A stretch of 64,000 bases of DNA from NCBI GenBank assembly GCA_000091205.1, contig AP006498.2. The stretch is one strand, 5' to 3'. This DNA is from Cyanidioschyzon merolae. Taxonomy: Eukaryota. Positions 52,373 through 63,985 of this stretch are shown here, piece after piece (positions within the stretch are counted from its first letter, which is position 1; each line of letters begins with the position of its first letter). Under the pieces are notes generated by a model. The model was not told where the DNA came from and searched no databases. It saw nothing but the letters and a program-made list of their open reading frames with translations. A program made the position numbers and the translations under genes.

Positions 52373-53815
52373 ATGCCGATTATGTACATGGATCCCGTGG
52401 CGAACCTGGGGAAGGACTACGTTCTTCCCCTTTCCTGGGTGCGCATATTTCTCTACTGGCACGGAAGCCTCTTGCAGCGCTTGCTGTTCGAAGTGTGCAT
52501 CCTGTTCGGTCTCGCTGCTTTTATTATTGCCATGAAGCTTTACGTTGCAGAGTGGCCACGCTTCCTTCTAGAAGTCTTTGCAAATATTGTCAACATTCTT
52601 TCAGGCGTGTTGACGCTCCTGCTGGGGTTCTATGCCAGCACCATCTACAGCCGCTGGTGGTACACGCGCACGAACATGTTCGGGACCGCGCAAGGTGGAG
52701 TGTACAACTGCGGTTTCATGTTGAACGCGCTCGTCTACGACGATGAGAATCCGGAACTTTGCGCCCGCTTTAAGCAGCGGTTTCTCCGTTGGATGAACCT
52801 CGCTTTCGGAATCATGCTCATGGACGTCACCTCTGGTGGATCGCATCTCTTCGAGTCCTTTGATAGCATGGAACGCATCGGTTTGGTGACCCCCGAGGAG
52901 CGCTATCGCCTGGAGCATGACGTGGAGCGTGTGCGCTTCACGCTGCCCATTATGTGGGCGGGTCATATGCTTACGCGCCTCCGGGATAATAATCACCAGT
53001 TTCACATTACGGATCGGGTACACATGCAGCTGTCGATCGAGTTGGCTTACTTGCGGCAGGGTCTCGGTGGATGCTATCTCATGAAGAACACACCGGTGCC
53101 GCTTCTCTATGTGCAGTTCGTGGAGGTTGCTGTCCGAATGTACGTTATTAGCATGATTCTGCTTGTAGGTGATTTGAACTTGCTGTCTGGAACCTTTCAA
53201 GAACGCGGCAACGATAGATGGGTCGATCTCGTCTACATCGCAGCGCTGTTTTTCATCTACGTCGGCTGGCTTCATGTAGCGGAGGAACTTGCAAACCCCT
53301 TCCGAATAGCCCCGGATGGACTCGATTTGGATGACCTTCTCTCCGGACAACGATGCGATGTGATGACCATGTCCGACTCGACGCGTCAACGTTTACCGAA
53401 ACCCGAGGTGATTCAGGAAGCGCCGCTTCCAGGAGAGCAGGGCTGGTATTTGCCGATTATAACCCGAGATCACAGCTACGAGCCTGTTCCCTACTGGTAC
53501 AGTTTTTGGTACAATCTCATCCGTCGCCGAAAGTGCAGCACCGCGCCTTCACCTCATTCCATTATTTGGGGATTCTATCCCGAGAAACAGCCGCTGCTTA
53601 CCGAGCCAGAAAAGAAACATGCAGCATCAAATCCATCGGCGTGGTCCAACGTAGTGCATGTACACCCGGGAGCTTCACAACATTGGAACGTGAGTCACCG
53701 CAACGACGGGCCAGCGCCCATGGCCTCACATTGCCCAAGCGGGCTGGTCAGTTCGGGTTTCGGCGGACTTGGTGTGGATAGCAGCAGTGCTGACGGCGGC
53801 GGCAGTGTATTATGA
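52373..53815 (+). CDS. Bestrophin-like paralog (about 480 aa) with a Gly/Ser-rich C-terminal tail
   Basis: 'MPIMYMDPVANLGKDYVLPLSWVRIFLYWHGSLLQRLLFE...LLLGFYASTIYSRWWYTRT...WLHVAEELANPFRIAPDGLDLDDL' is collinear with the 44638..46014 protein. The ORF-track ORF starts at 52133. The ATG at 52373 aligns with the paralog N-termini. Confidence 0.65.
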   Translation: MPIMYMDPVANLGKDYVLPLSWVRIFLYWHGSLLQRLLFEVCILFGLAAFIIAMKLYVAEWPRFLLEVFANIVNILSGVLTLLLGFYASTIYSRWWYTRTNMFGTAQGGVYNCGFMLNALVYDDENPELCARFKQRFLRWMNLAFGIMLMDVTSGGSHLFESFDSMERIGLVTPEERYRLEHDVERVRFTLPIMWAGHMLTRLRDNNHQFHITDRVHMQLSIELAYLRQGLGGCYLMKNTPVPLLYVQFVEVAVRMYVISMILLVGDLNLLSGTFQERGNDRWVDLVYIAALFFIYVGWLHVAEELANPFRIAPDGLDLDDLLSGQRCDVMTMSDSTRQRLPKPEVIQEAPLPGEQGWYLPIITRDHSYEPVPYWYSFWYNLIRRRKCSTAPSPHSIIWGFYPEKQPLLTEPEKKHAASNPSAWSNVVHVHPGASQHWNVSHRNDGPAPMASHCPSGLVSSGFGGLGVDSSSADGGGSVL

Positions 53816-54503
53816 ACATTGTCCGGAGCTTTGGCATGCTTCTAAAGATGGAAAGCAGCTGGACCGCGCAGGCGGGATGCATCTTCCTCGTGTTGAGCGC
53901 TTCGCGTGGAGGATTCCCAAAAGGAGAATTTTAGTGCTGCGCGAATAATATTCTGATGAAACGAGTTTGTGGATGCTGAGCGGCAAACATGTGCGCCATG
54001 CGCACCGACGATGACAATGACCAACGCTTTCAGAACGCCAAGTACGTGCCGAGTGACGTCATCTACCTAGCGAATGCCTGGCTTCTCAGAGCAGACAGCT
54101 GGCACACAGTAGCGAGGCGCCGAGGCTTCGCCGCATGCATCCGCCATGCCGCTGACGCTCCAAAGCCACCGATCTGACCCTGCCAGTGAAGATGCTGGTA
54201 CGATTTTATTGATTCATTTTGCCAGTCAATCTGTATGACATACGATCGTTTTCTTTCCGCAAAACGCGTAAAAGTTGTATACGCTTTTGACGTTACGTGG
54301 AACGAATCGGTGGGTGCATCTCGTGGCGATTCTGCTCAGTTGTCTTTGACTTTGTGACCTACGCTCGGCGCGATTCCAGCACTCTGGACAGGTACACCAC
54401 AAGCCTCGGTGAGATGCGGGCATCATTGCCATTAGAGGCGAATCTCTGTCGTCTGCGCTGGTTCGCCGAGGCTACGCTAGCAAGCCCTATCATTTGGTGC
54501 ATG

Positions 54504-55139
54504 TTATGAAGACTCCTTGGGTTCAAACTTCAAGGAGTAAGAGTTCATGCAGTAGCGAAGCCCGGTCGGCTTGGGACCATCAGGAAAAACGTGCCCCAGG
54601 TGCGCGTCGCAGACCGCACAAAGCACCTCCGTACGTATCATACCATGCGATAGATCCCGTCTCTCTTTGACAGCCTCTTTGCTCAGGGGAGCATAAAACG
54701 AGGGCCAGCCCGTGCCACTGTCGAACTTTGTTTCGCTGGAAAATAACGGCGTTCCACAGCAGACACACCGATATATCCCCGTGCGTTTTTCGTTCCAGTA
54801 CTCGCCGGTAAAAGGCCGCTCGGTGCCAGCTCGTCGCGCTACCTCGAACTGCATCGGCGTGAGACGTGCTTTCCAGTCTTCTTCAGTGAGAGCTCGCCAG
54901 TCTTTTACGTCCGCTGGGTTGCTCTGACTCATTTTCAGACGCGAGCTACCTTTCACAAGCTGGGTCAGCTGTCCACGCTGCAGAGACGCTCTCCAGAAAG
55001 CAACACCGAGGACGGTACGCTGCTGCTGCTGCTGCTGCTGCACGGTGTTGCCAGAGTACAGAACACGGCAACACTGCTTGCACTGGTACTGTAAACGTGC
55101 TTGCTGAACAAGTGGTGAAGTGAAAATACTAACGAACAT
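54504..55139 (-). CDS. msrB: Methionine-R-sulfoxide reductase B (MsrB/SelR domain) with an N-terminal hydrophobic/Gln-rich extension
   Basis: '[51 protein letters not shown]...[37 protein letters not shown]' has both CxxC zinc pairs and the catalytic Cys in 'RYCMNS'. The (CAG)n run at 55015..55041 encodes QQQQQQQ. The ORF-track start at 55154 is a GTG. The first ATG is at revcomp 55137..55139. Confidence 0.85.
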   Translation of the reverse strand: MFVSIFTSPLVQQARLQYQCKQCCRVLYSGNTVQQQQQQQRTVLGVAFWRASLQRGQLTQLVKGSSRLKMSQSNPADVKDWRALTEEDWKARLTPMQFEVARRAGTERPFTGEYWNEKRTGIYRCVCCGTPLFSSETKFDSGTGWPSFYAPLSKEAVKERRDLSHGMIRTEVLCAVCDAHLGHVFPDGPKPTGLRYCMNSYSLKFEPKESS

Positions 55140-55567
55140 CAAAACAGGTATCACTGCAACCGTCTAGCGAATCGTCTCCGAGAAACCAGAAATTAACAGT
55201 GATTTAAGAATCGGAGATGCAACGAAGAAAAGTTACGCAACAATATTCACTGTACACAGTTGTCCAGGATCGTCTACAGTGCATGTGCATGCACGCGGTT
55301 CCGAGATGACGCCTCGGCACGCAGCAATGCATGGCGTTTCGGGTTGCCTGAGTGGCGGCGCAATCAGCATCGCGGCAAGCGCCCGCGATAGGCGCAGTAT
55401 GCCGAGAACTCTTTGCCCGCAGACAAACAACTAATCTCTATGTCGAACGGAGGGACTGTTCTTGAGCTAGTGGAACGTTGAAGCGTCTGAAGTAATACGC
55501 AACTATGATGGAATTGAGCAGCATTGTGAAGTGCATTGGAGGTGTTCGTTCAAGTTTTCTTGTCATA

Positions 55568-56150
55568 GTTTTTCACCTAAATTGTGTTCCACTCCTCCGG
55601 TGCGTGTCATCAAATGCGTGTTCGCGGTTTATAGCGGATTCGTTCGAAGTAGGTTCATTTCCAAAAATAAAAATCTAAGGATCAGGTATCGACATGCAAG
55701 GCGGGGATCCAGGAGGACCCTCATCACTGGCTGCCTGAGTAAAAAACGAAACAAATCCTCTTCTCGCCGATCATCGAGCGAAGAAGAGCAAGTGACCAGG
55801 AAGAAAAAGGCGAAGAAGATGACGATGAGAGATCGGCGAGAAAATGTATTTGGTCAACGGAACGATGACGTCCCTTTGGTGGCAAAGAGGGCTCGCGTTC
55901 TGACAACTATTTTAAAGGTGAGCTCAACCAGAGGCAATAAACGCATAGAGTTCGTGAACCGAGACTTCAACGCCGCCATCAATATCATGAGATGCACGGT
56001 GCTGGAGACGAGACCCGAGGAGCTGAGGCGATCCAAGTTTGTGAGGCAGCCTCTCAGGCTCGTTCTGTGCATGAATAAACCTAAATCGATAGCAGGGTCG
56101 CGGTCGAACAGGGCAGGGACGCGTCTACGGGTGGGTATTCACGCACCCTG
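55568..56150 (+). mobile_element. Internally deleted Fanzor family-1 derivative C (about 0.58 kb: left end plus last about 60 codons plus 3' tail)
   Basis: Left end 'tcacctaaa...catttccaaaaataaaaatctaagga' (55571..55670). 'RARVLTTILKVSSTRGNKRIEFVNRDFNAAINIMRCTVLETRPEELRRSKFV' at about 55900..56045 has an intact RuvC-III box. Tail 56040..56150 'gtgaggcagcctctcaggctcg...gcggtcgaacagggcagggacgcgtctacgg gtgggtattcac'. The 216-aa ORF-track ORF 55531..56181 is not a host gene. Confidence 0.5.
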
Positions 56151-58281
56151 CTTGCTCGTGGGACTTTGTTTCTTTCATTGACGATAACAGTGACGATAAT
56201 CACGGACAGAATATCCACCTGTGTGCACTTTGTAAAGCTCCTGAAACCTAGGCCACAGTCGAGTAACGAAGCTCATTGTCTACCGTTCAGGGTAGATCAA
56301 GAGACAGACTTCGGGGTCGGCGTGGACCCGGGAGCTGCAGGATGTCACGCCCGATTTTTAACCTCTGAATGAGGAGGCCGGCGCCAAAGACCTACTCGGA
56401 AGGAAGCTGACCCTGTTCAAGCTTTCCAGGGCAGGGGATTATCGAGATTCGGGCATAACGTTCGCCAGCAGGGATACCAGCAAGTGGAACGACGGCGTCC
56501 GGGCCCGACTCTCGACGCTCTGGACACCGTATCGAGCAGACGGGGGCATGCTTTGCACGCTTGATTCATAGATCATATGAGCCTCAAAACGTCTCCTGCG
56601 GGCGGTCTTTGGCAGCAGTACACACGGGCGCGCGGGGTCGGAAACCGATTCGGTTGAACGGAGGCAGCCATCGTGTATGCGCCAACTTGTCAGATGTGTT
56701 CGAACGAGAAATGATCGACACGTCGCGCTGTTTCGCGGAAGCCTAAGGCGCTGGACGTGGTTTAACGCGCATGAATGCGCTCCTACTCTTCGACCAGAGC
56801 GTGCAACGAGTGCAGGAACCGATCCTCAACGATACCCCAGCCCTGAGTTCGGGACGGCGTGCACGCATCCCGAGCACAGGTGCATGCTGAAACTGGTAGC
56901 AAAGAAGAGACGGAAATAAAGTTGGATGCTCGAGCTGGTGTACGGTAAGCTGACTGTGTGTCAGATGGCGAGCGAGTCGCAAGTGCGACGCGTGCTACAA
57001 TCTGAGTCCACCGCCATCCATGAGAGAAAGCAACTTCTGCACCGATATCTCAAAGCCTTGAAAAGCGTACGGAAATGTCTCGTGCCTCCGAAGAGTTCGG
57101 TGGCTTTGTGTGGCGCGAGCTTTCGGGAATTATTTCGTATCCTATCCATGCATTGTGCTGAAACACAGAAGAGTATTTATAAAAAATCAGGGCCAGGAGC
57201 GAGGGGGCGGCCTTCGTTTCTCGCCCGGAGCAAGGCTCTGGTATGGTACGATTCAGCTACCGAACGACATTGGTGCACCGTACACATACATCGTCAATGA
57301 TTTTCCTCGGCAACTGATACACCATTATTTGAGACGACGAATATAGAACAGAGTCAAATTGATGGATCAAAGCAGGTGAGCGGGGGCATAGACCTTGCGT
57401 TTCCGCAGACGGATTCCGGATGATGCCGCTTGTGTGATTTTTTCGTTGACAAGTCGCCCGCAGGGGACACGAACCTCCAAGTTCCCACAGAGAGGACACT
57501 TTGAGGCCAGTGCTGGACCGCACGGCCTGCAAGACCTGTGTTCGCTCCATACCCCTGTAGTATCTCCTATGGACGTGCTTTCCACGACTTATTCTGTCCA
57601 AACGAGCGTTTGCCCACAAAGATCTGGTCCATCAAAGTTGAGTTCAAGGCACAAGCGCAAGTAAAGCCAATTTTGGGCCCTGTACAATATGCAGGTGGCC
57701 TTCACAGCATACGCTTCGTTCCTCGTTTACGACGCGGCGAACGAGTGCTTCCGCGGAGGCGACCACGCACACAACCCCTGAAACTGAGCAGCTACAAACT
57801 GCATTAGTGGACCTGGAAGACCTGTTTCTCCTGCTTTGTATTCGTCTCGTCATCGAGCCCAGCGTATTCAGTAAACTTCCGTGCAAGTCACGGTTTACGT
57901 GCAGGTTTTCTTCGTAGACTCCGCCTTGTCCTGGAGAGTTTACGCTCGATTACGAGCAGCCTCGTAGGTAAACTTCGAAACAATTCGCCATTTACGTGCA
58001 GATGCCTATCCAGATGCTGCGACGTCCTGCTGAAATCACTCTCGTAGACGTGCAGTTTCGTGCAGGCCGCCCCTAGTTCTGTTCGAACTCGCGCGTCCAG
58101 CAGCGAGCCTCGTTGCTGAGCGCTGCGCTCGGCACCGAATGCCTCTGCGGCTTGCACATGCTCGCTCAGAAGCGTTCGTGTTGCACTGGGGGGTTCATCG
58201 CAGCGTACGCCAAGTCACTGTGACCAGATCATAACGTTTCGGCTTCCGCTACGCGGCTTATACGGTGAGTTCGTGCGCCGG

Positions 58282-60156
58282 ATGCAAGACTATGAAGCTC
58301 TGCGCGAGTTGCGCTGGTGCGGAGCGGAGCTACACCGCGTCGCCGGTGCCCAGCTGGTGTCTCAGAGCACTGCTCTCGAGCGCACCAGTACTCTTGTAAG
58401 AAGCCTGCTTGAAAAGAAGGACTTTATGGAGGAGAACTGGAAAGAGGTGCTGCATCTGCAATCACAGTGGTTCTGCTGTTTGCAGACCCTGGTGCAGCGC
58501 TCAGTACAAGCGGAAAAGCCAACGTCAAAGCCCAGCTGTGCGGTAGTCGGAGCGCTCGAAGCGTCACTGCAACGGATAGCGCCAGTGGTTGTTCGATTGG
58601 GCACGGAGCAGGATATGGCGCTCGTTTTCAGCATCGCAGGCGGTCTCTGTGCTTTAGAACTGCTGAGCTGGTCCCAGTGCTGGCACGTCCTCGTGCGTCA
58701 ACTTTTGGACAGCAGCATCGATGACGCAGCACGTTGGCAAACCGTCCTGGTGCAGGGGTGTGCCGCAGCGTTTTGCGACCTGCGTTTGCATACGCTCCAC
58801 GCAGTAGCGCACCTGCTACGTGAATCGAGTTCGGTATACTCGACGCCTGCACCCGGGGCTGCGCTTGACTTGGCGGCGCGTGCGGAGAATGCATGGCGGT
58901 TCGTTTTGAAGCCCATTGGGCGACTACTCACCAAGGATGTGGCAAAGCAGCACCAGCAGCTGCTCAGTGAGGTCTTGCGGCGAGTCACGACGCCATCGCA
59001 ACGCGGAGACCGGCAGCAGCGACTACTGAAAGCATCCCGAAAGGCATTCACGGATGCGATGCTGGCGCTGCTGTCGACCGGTGAACACGGAATCGATTTG
59101 TCTGCACCCGTCCTCCTCGATGTTTTCGGAGAGCTTGTAGACAACCTCCTGCCGAACCATTGTATCGCAGAGCCGCTCCGACTGGGTGACTTTCTCGCGG
59201 AGACTTTTCGCGAGGCGATTGCCGGTCGTTCTGTGTATGGGATCGCAGCACTGGAGCCGCTGCTGTTTCTCATGCGCCACGATGGCCTCGAGTACGAACA
59301 CATATATGAGCAAGTGTATTCCAAGCTGGACGTACACACGCTCCTGCGACTGAACGCATGTGAGTCGGCCACAAGGGGGCGAGTGCTGCGCGCTGTCACG
59401 CAGCTATTGACGTCTAGCCACCTTCCGCATGCACTCATCAGCGCCTATACGAAGCGCCTTGCCCGGATAGCGCTGCAGAGCTGGGATGCAACACTGACGC
59501 TGTGGGCGCTTCGCTTGACGCTCGAACTCGTGCATCGCCATACGAGTGCGCGTCTGCTGCTCGAGTCGTGGTTCAAGCGACAGCAACCCGACAGGGAGCC
59601 TGTCATCGAAAGCAGCTGCTCGGACTCGACACCACGTCGTCGGGATCAGAGCGAGGCCTCGTTTGAGGCATCAGGGACCGGTGTGGTGCGTTCGACTCCC
59701 ACGAAACGCCTTGCATATGGATTCGTGTTTTGGGAGCGATCCAGCGGTCAACGAGCCGGAGATGAGTGCGCTAGTTCGACGCCCGGGCTGACGAACGACC
59801 CGTTTTTGGCCGATGAGCCAGATCCGCGTCGCTCCAACGCCTCTGCGAGTTTCCTCTGGGAAGTGGGTATGCTCTCTGAGCACTTTGTTTCCAGTGTTCG
59901 ACAACTCGCCGCTTTGTTCGAGGACCCGGAAAAGGCGATCAGTCGGGCGGGTCCGCTGGACGCCTGGTGTGATGCCTCACTTCGGGACCTTATCGAGTTG
60001 GAGTTACGCCGCTCCCAACATTTGGTGCGGAACAAGCCGATCGCGTTTGAGGCACCCAGGGACGACGACATCGTCGGAGACTCTGGATCAAAGGTAGAAG
60101 CTCAATTTACAGCGCATGCTGCGAATGCAAAAGTCATATTTGGTGAATATTCATAG
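58282..60156 (+). CDS. Hypothetical alpha-helical (HEAT/ARM-like) protein, about 624 aa
   Basis: Long ORF. The ORF-track start at 58273 is a GTG and the first ATG is at 58282. Leu/Ala-rich helical repeats. I could not place it in a family. Confidence 0.4.
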   Translation: MQDYEALRELRWCGAELHRVAGAQLVSQSTALERTSTLVRSLLEKKDFMEENWKEVLHLQSQWFCCLQTLVQRSVQAEKPTSKPSCAVVGALEASLQRIAPVVVRLGTEQDMALVFSIAGGLCALELLSWSQCWHVLVRQLLDSSIDDAARWQTVLVQGCAAAFCDLRLHTLHAVAHLLRESSSVYSTPAPGAALDLAARAENAWRFVLKPIGRLLTKDVAKQHQQLLSEVLRRVTTPSQRGDRQQRLLKASRKAFTDAMLALLSTGEHGIDLSAPVLLDVFGELVDNLLPNHCIAEPLRLGDFLAETFREAIAGRSVYGIAALEPLLFLMRHDGLEYEHIYEQVYSKLDVHTLLRLNACESATRGRVLRAVTQLLTSSHLPHALISAYTKRLARIALQSWDATLTLWALRLTLELVHRHTSARLLLESWFKRQQPDREPVIESSCSDSTPRRRDQSEASFEASGTGVVRSTPTKRLAYGFVFWERSSGQRAGDECASSTPGLTNDPFLADEPDPRRSNASASFLWEVGMLSEHFVSSVRQLAALFEDPEKAISRAGPLDAWCDASLRDLIELELRRSQHLVRNKPIAFEAPRDDDIVGDSGSKVEAQFTAHAANAKVIFGEYS

Positions 60157-60892
60157 AGTGCGTCCTGGTGTCTTGTGTGGCGTCACACTTGCGGAAACGC
60201 AGCGTCACTGGCGTGCAGGCAGCAGCTGCGATGCTCTCGCGTTGACGAGATTTCCGTCGTTATGGTGAACGCTTTCGAGCGACATTCCTGGTACATTCCT
60301 GCTGCGTTCTGCTAGATGATTCGGCAGGAGCGCCATCAGGTCGTTCCAGACCAGTGCGCGAGGTAACAGCAGCTGCAGCAGGTCCAACGCCTGCGACGCG
60401 AAGACAACGCTGCGCTGGATGTCTCGATGGTATCATAGCACCGATCGCAGCGACACCGCTGAGATGGACTTGAAGCAGTGGCGTCCAAGCGAGCTCCTCG
60501 ATTCTACGCTTCTGTGGATCGTGCAGCTCGAGCGGGACGGGAACGTGACTGGAGCAAGACGTGGTTCAGTGCGCACTGCTTGAAGCCGACGTACACGCTC
60601 GTCGAGCTAGTGTCACCGCTCCGTCATCGTGAAACGAAAACGCCTGTTCGGATTCGGGATCAGCGCCACACACGCTCCGTTCTGACTTGTCGGTAATGCG
60701 TCCTGCGTTAGCACGCAGGGCGTATCTGTGCTCCGTATCGACATGTGCGGAGGCACGGGGGCGCTTCTTCGGTGCGGGATACCTGCGGAGCACCCACCGC
60801 ACGCAGGCGAGGAACGTTATCGAAGCCAGACCGTGCTGGTTGCGCTTGTTTGCGCGGATATTGTGCTTGGCCAGGCGATGCGCTTGACGAGT

Positions 60893-62275
60893 TCAGAATC
60901 CGTAGTACCGGATCCTTTCGGGAGGTCCGGTCCAACATCGGGTGGTGCCACGTAGTGACGTGTTGCCCTGCAGTCCGATGCTTTGGGCCCAGTCCGTCTG
61001 CGTCGGAGCTGTGGTATCGTCGGTTGCGAACGTCTCCTCATCCGAGAGCAGGCGTTGGCGCACCCGCTGGAAAAAGTCGTATGTCTTTGCATGGCCGTCT
61101 TGTCGACTTGCTTTGACGGTCCGAATATACTCCTTGTACTTGTTCCAGCCTGGGACCGCCTCGTAAGCGTGATCACGCCACACGAACGGACAATTCCAGT
61201 TCGGATCGCCCGGTAGGGGCTCGTCGTTGATGGAATCCACTGTGGGCAAGCGGATACTGTTGTCGTCGACCATAGTGGCGTGGTCCGCTCGCTGACTCGA
61301 GAGATAATCGTCAAAATCGAGGCCATCTGGGGCTATTCGGTACGGATTTGCGAGCTCGTCTGCAACGTGCAACCAACCAATATAAATGAAGAAGACGCTC
61401 ACAATGTAGACCATATCGGTCCAACTGTAGTTGGCGGAATCCGTCCCCGAGCTGGTGGCACCCAAAAGCTGCAGGTTCCCAGCAAGCAGGACGACAACGA
61501 GAATATAGATTCGTACAGCGGCACTCACAAGCTGCCGGTACATAAGAGGCACTGGCACTGTCACAAAAACGTACATGCTTCCGAGGCCTTGACGAAGGCT
61601 TGCCAACTGCTGTGAGAGCTGCAAGTGGACCCAATGCGTCACTCCGTAGTTCGGCTCGTGGTCTCGCAGGCGCGTAAACGTGTGTCCCGCCCACATCAGA
61701 GGCAGCGTGAAACGAACTCGGTCCACGTCGTGCTCAATGCGTTGGCGCTCCTCTGCCGTCATCATGCCGAGCTGCTCCAGGGAATCAAAGGAGTTGTACA
61801 GGTGCGTTCCATCGGTTATAATCTCACGCAACACGAGCGCAAACGCGAGGTTGCACCAACGCACAATTCGCTGTTTGAGACGTGCAGCTGTTATCGGGTC
61901 CTTGTCGCTGTAAATAAACTGAGTCATCTCCATGGCGATGTTGTAGGCGGCCATCTGCGCGGTGCCACACATGGAGACGCGCGCGTCCCACCAGCGCGAG
62001 TATATCGTGCTCGTGTAAAAACCCAGCATAAACGTGAGAATTGGAGATAGCACGTTCGCCAAAATCGCCAAAACAAGGAGAAACGCATGAGTCCACGTCG
62101 CAACGTACAGCTTGAGCGCGATCACGAGCGCCGCCAGCGCTAGCCATAAGATTATTTCGAACAGCAGCCGCTGCATCAGAGAACCGTGCCAGTAAAAAAA
62201 GAGCCGCAACCATGACAGGGGCAGAACATAGTCTTTCCCGAAAGTGGCAACGGGGTCTTTGTACAGGATGGTCAT
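60893..62275 (-). CDS. Bestrophin-like paralog (about 460 aa)
   Basis: 'MTILYKDPVATFGKDYVLPLSWLRLFFYWHGSLMQRLLFE...LTFMLGFYTSTIYSRWWDARV...WLHVADELANPYRIAPDGLDFDDY'. The start was taken at the ATG (MTILYK) aligned with the other paralogs. The ORF-track ORF extends to 62302 from a TTG. Confidence 0.65.
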   Translation of the reverse strand: MTILYKDPVATFGKDYVLPLSWLRLFFYWHGSLMQRLLFEIILWLALAALVIALKLYVATWTHAFLLVLAILANVLSPILTFMLGFYTSTIYSRWWDARVSMCGTAQMAAYNIAMEMTQFIYSDKDPITAARLKQRIVRWCNLAFALVLREIITDGTHLYNSFDSLEQLGMMTAEERQRIEHDVDRVRFTLPLMWAGHTFTRLRDHEPNYGVTHWVHLQLSQQLASLRQGLGSMYVFVTVPVPLMYRQLVSAAVRIYILVVVLLAGNLQLLGATSSGTDSANYSWTDMVYIVSVFFIYIGWLHVADELANPYRIAPDGLDFDDYLSSQRADHATMVDDNSIRLPTVDSINDEPLPGDPNWNCPFVWRDHAYEAVPGWNKYKEYIRTVKASRQDGHAKTYDFFQRVRQRLLSDEETFATDDTTAPTQTDWAQSIGLQGNTSLRGTTRCWTGPPERIRYYGF

Positions 62276-63049
62276 GGACGCAGTTTGTGGTCCGGCGCAC
62301 AAGGCAAGCCGCCACGCGTCCGCGCAGGCAACAACGTGCTCACGGGGAATACTGGCGTGTCGGTGCCGAGCCTGCGCGCGGCACTAGCGCCCCAGTCCAA
62401 TATGTCCATAAGATCTACTTGATTCACTAGATGTCAAGTTAAGGACAGGTATGAGACTGCTCCCAGGGGCACCCATCCGGATGCTACCGCTGATTAAGCG
62501 ACGCGTTCCGGTGTTCACGGGTGCATGGCTCGTCGAGCGGAACCCCTTTTCCCAAGGTCAGCGAATGCACTGCACAGCGCTTGGCACTTGCGCCTCGAGA
62601 CAGTTAGGCAGTTATCGGAGCGCTTGAGGCAACTTGGGGATCGCCAGCGGGGGCCAGCGTGCCACGACTGAACTTGGTGCGGCCGGCTGACTCGCCTATC
62701 GCCTCCGCCCACTGCCGGGTTCGGCATGGAGCCGAGGATGCTCGACCTTTCGCACTGCGCGGGTTCGAGATTTGTTTTATTCGGGTATTTGAACTGAAAT
62801 TTATTCCAGACCAGCTGATTCCACTCGAATGCTTTTCTGCAGTGTATGGCAGGAGATCCAAATCACGATGCAACGTACCGTATAGATCGTAGACGAATTG
62901 CATGCAGGATACATGTATGACTGAACAGCGCAGAGAAGAATGCGTTCGTACTTCATGTCAGTCATACGATGGTACCGTGATGGTTGAGGAACGCTGAAAG
63001 ATCTAAGTAGACGCGCTTCGCGCCAAAATCCGATATTTTTACAGACTGT

Positions 63050-63250
63050 TTGCGATCTGTGGTAGAAAACGACACGTTGATCACTTTACAGAAAGCAAAA
63101 GCGATGATAATAGGCGTCACAGGCATCTCTGTTTCGCAACAGCATGTTCGTTTGGTCTTGAAAACAGTCGGATACTGTCGCAATAAAGTCCTAGTTCACA
63201 CACGGTATCCTGCACCGAAATCCCAGCTACTACAGCGTCCCTAGAACGTC
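63050..63250 (+). mobile_element. Tc1/mariner-like HTH fragment
   Basis: 'VENDTLITLQKAKAMIIGVTGISVSQQHVRLVLKTVGYCRNKV' is homologous to 2770..3306 'VENDMLITLEKSNRTMVATTGVSGTQQLVRVVLNTQGYSRKKV'. Confidence 0.3.
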
Positions 63251-63499
63251 GTGATCGGTATGAAGCAAAGGAACGTCGGTCTGTTTTTCCCGACTCTATC
63301 GGGGAGTAGAGCTGCTTTTGATTCCTCCATACTTTCCATGGTTCCTCCCCATCGATGGATACTTTTCTATTGTGAAACGTGGTGATCGCTATACTGGGCG
63401 AGGCGCTGAGGTGTTAAGCATACCGTTACACACCGGGCCACATGACATCGTTCTTCCGCAAGACCTTCTTCTTCCCCAGGGAGATGGGTGCTCACCTAG

Positions 63500-63985
63500 C
63501 CGCATAAACAAGAGTATTCATTTTCAAGAAAAAACTATCGAAAGGAAAGTTTTGGGAACGAAAATCGGGGATACCACAAGGCCGTCATCGCGGAGTTCGA
63601 CAGCGAAACGAAAAAATTCTCCTCTCGTCGATCATCGAGCGAGGAAGAGCAAGCGACGAAGGTGTCAATGATACGCGAGAAAAGGTGTTTCCCCGACGGG
63701 ACGACGACGATACTGTATTGGAACTGAGGCGCAACTTCGAGGACATGCTCGATTGCTGAGTTCCATCAGCGTCAATACACGGACGGAGTTCGTGAACCGA
63801 GCCCTTAACAGTGCCATCAATACCAGACGACATGCGGTGCTCCAGAAGAAACCTGAGGAGATGAAGGGATACAAGTTTGTCGCACAGCCTCACAGGCTCG
63901 AAATATGTAGGAATAAACAGATACCGACAGCAGGTGTCCGGTCAAAAGGGGCTGGGAGGCGTCTGCGCGTTGGGATTCATTTACC
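63500..63985 (+). mobile_element. Internally deleted Fanzor family-1 derivative D (degenerate), reaching the window edge
   Basis: Collinear with derivative C: 'cgaaaaaattctcctctcgtcgatcatcgagcgaggaagagcaagcgac', a degraded RuvC-III box 'EFVNRALNSAINTRR', and the tail 'tttgtcgcacagcctcacaggctcg...gtccggtcaaaaggggctgggaggcgtctgcgcgttgggattcatttaccc'. The last block matches copy A 'ggctattcatttatcc'. Confidence 0.45.

Noticed and set aside
55531-56181. 216-aa ORF-track ORF that looks like a gene
   Set aside because: It is the internally deleted Fanzor derivative C. Only its last about 60 codons are homologous to anything (the RuvC-III stub), and the upstream part is the element's left-end region.
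62299-62302. 1-nt discrepancy between my manual codon count and the ORF-track coordinates at the start of the 60893..62302 ORF
   Set aside because: Most likely my own counting slip in the printed sequence. The stop-codon end and frame length agree with the track, so I used the track coordinates.
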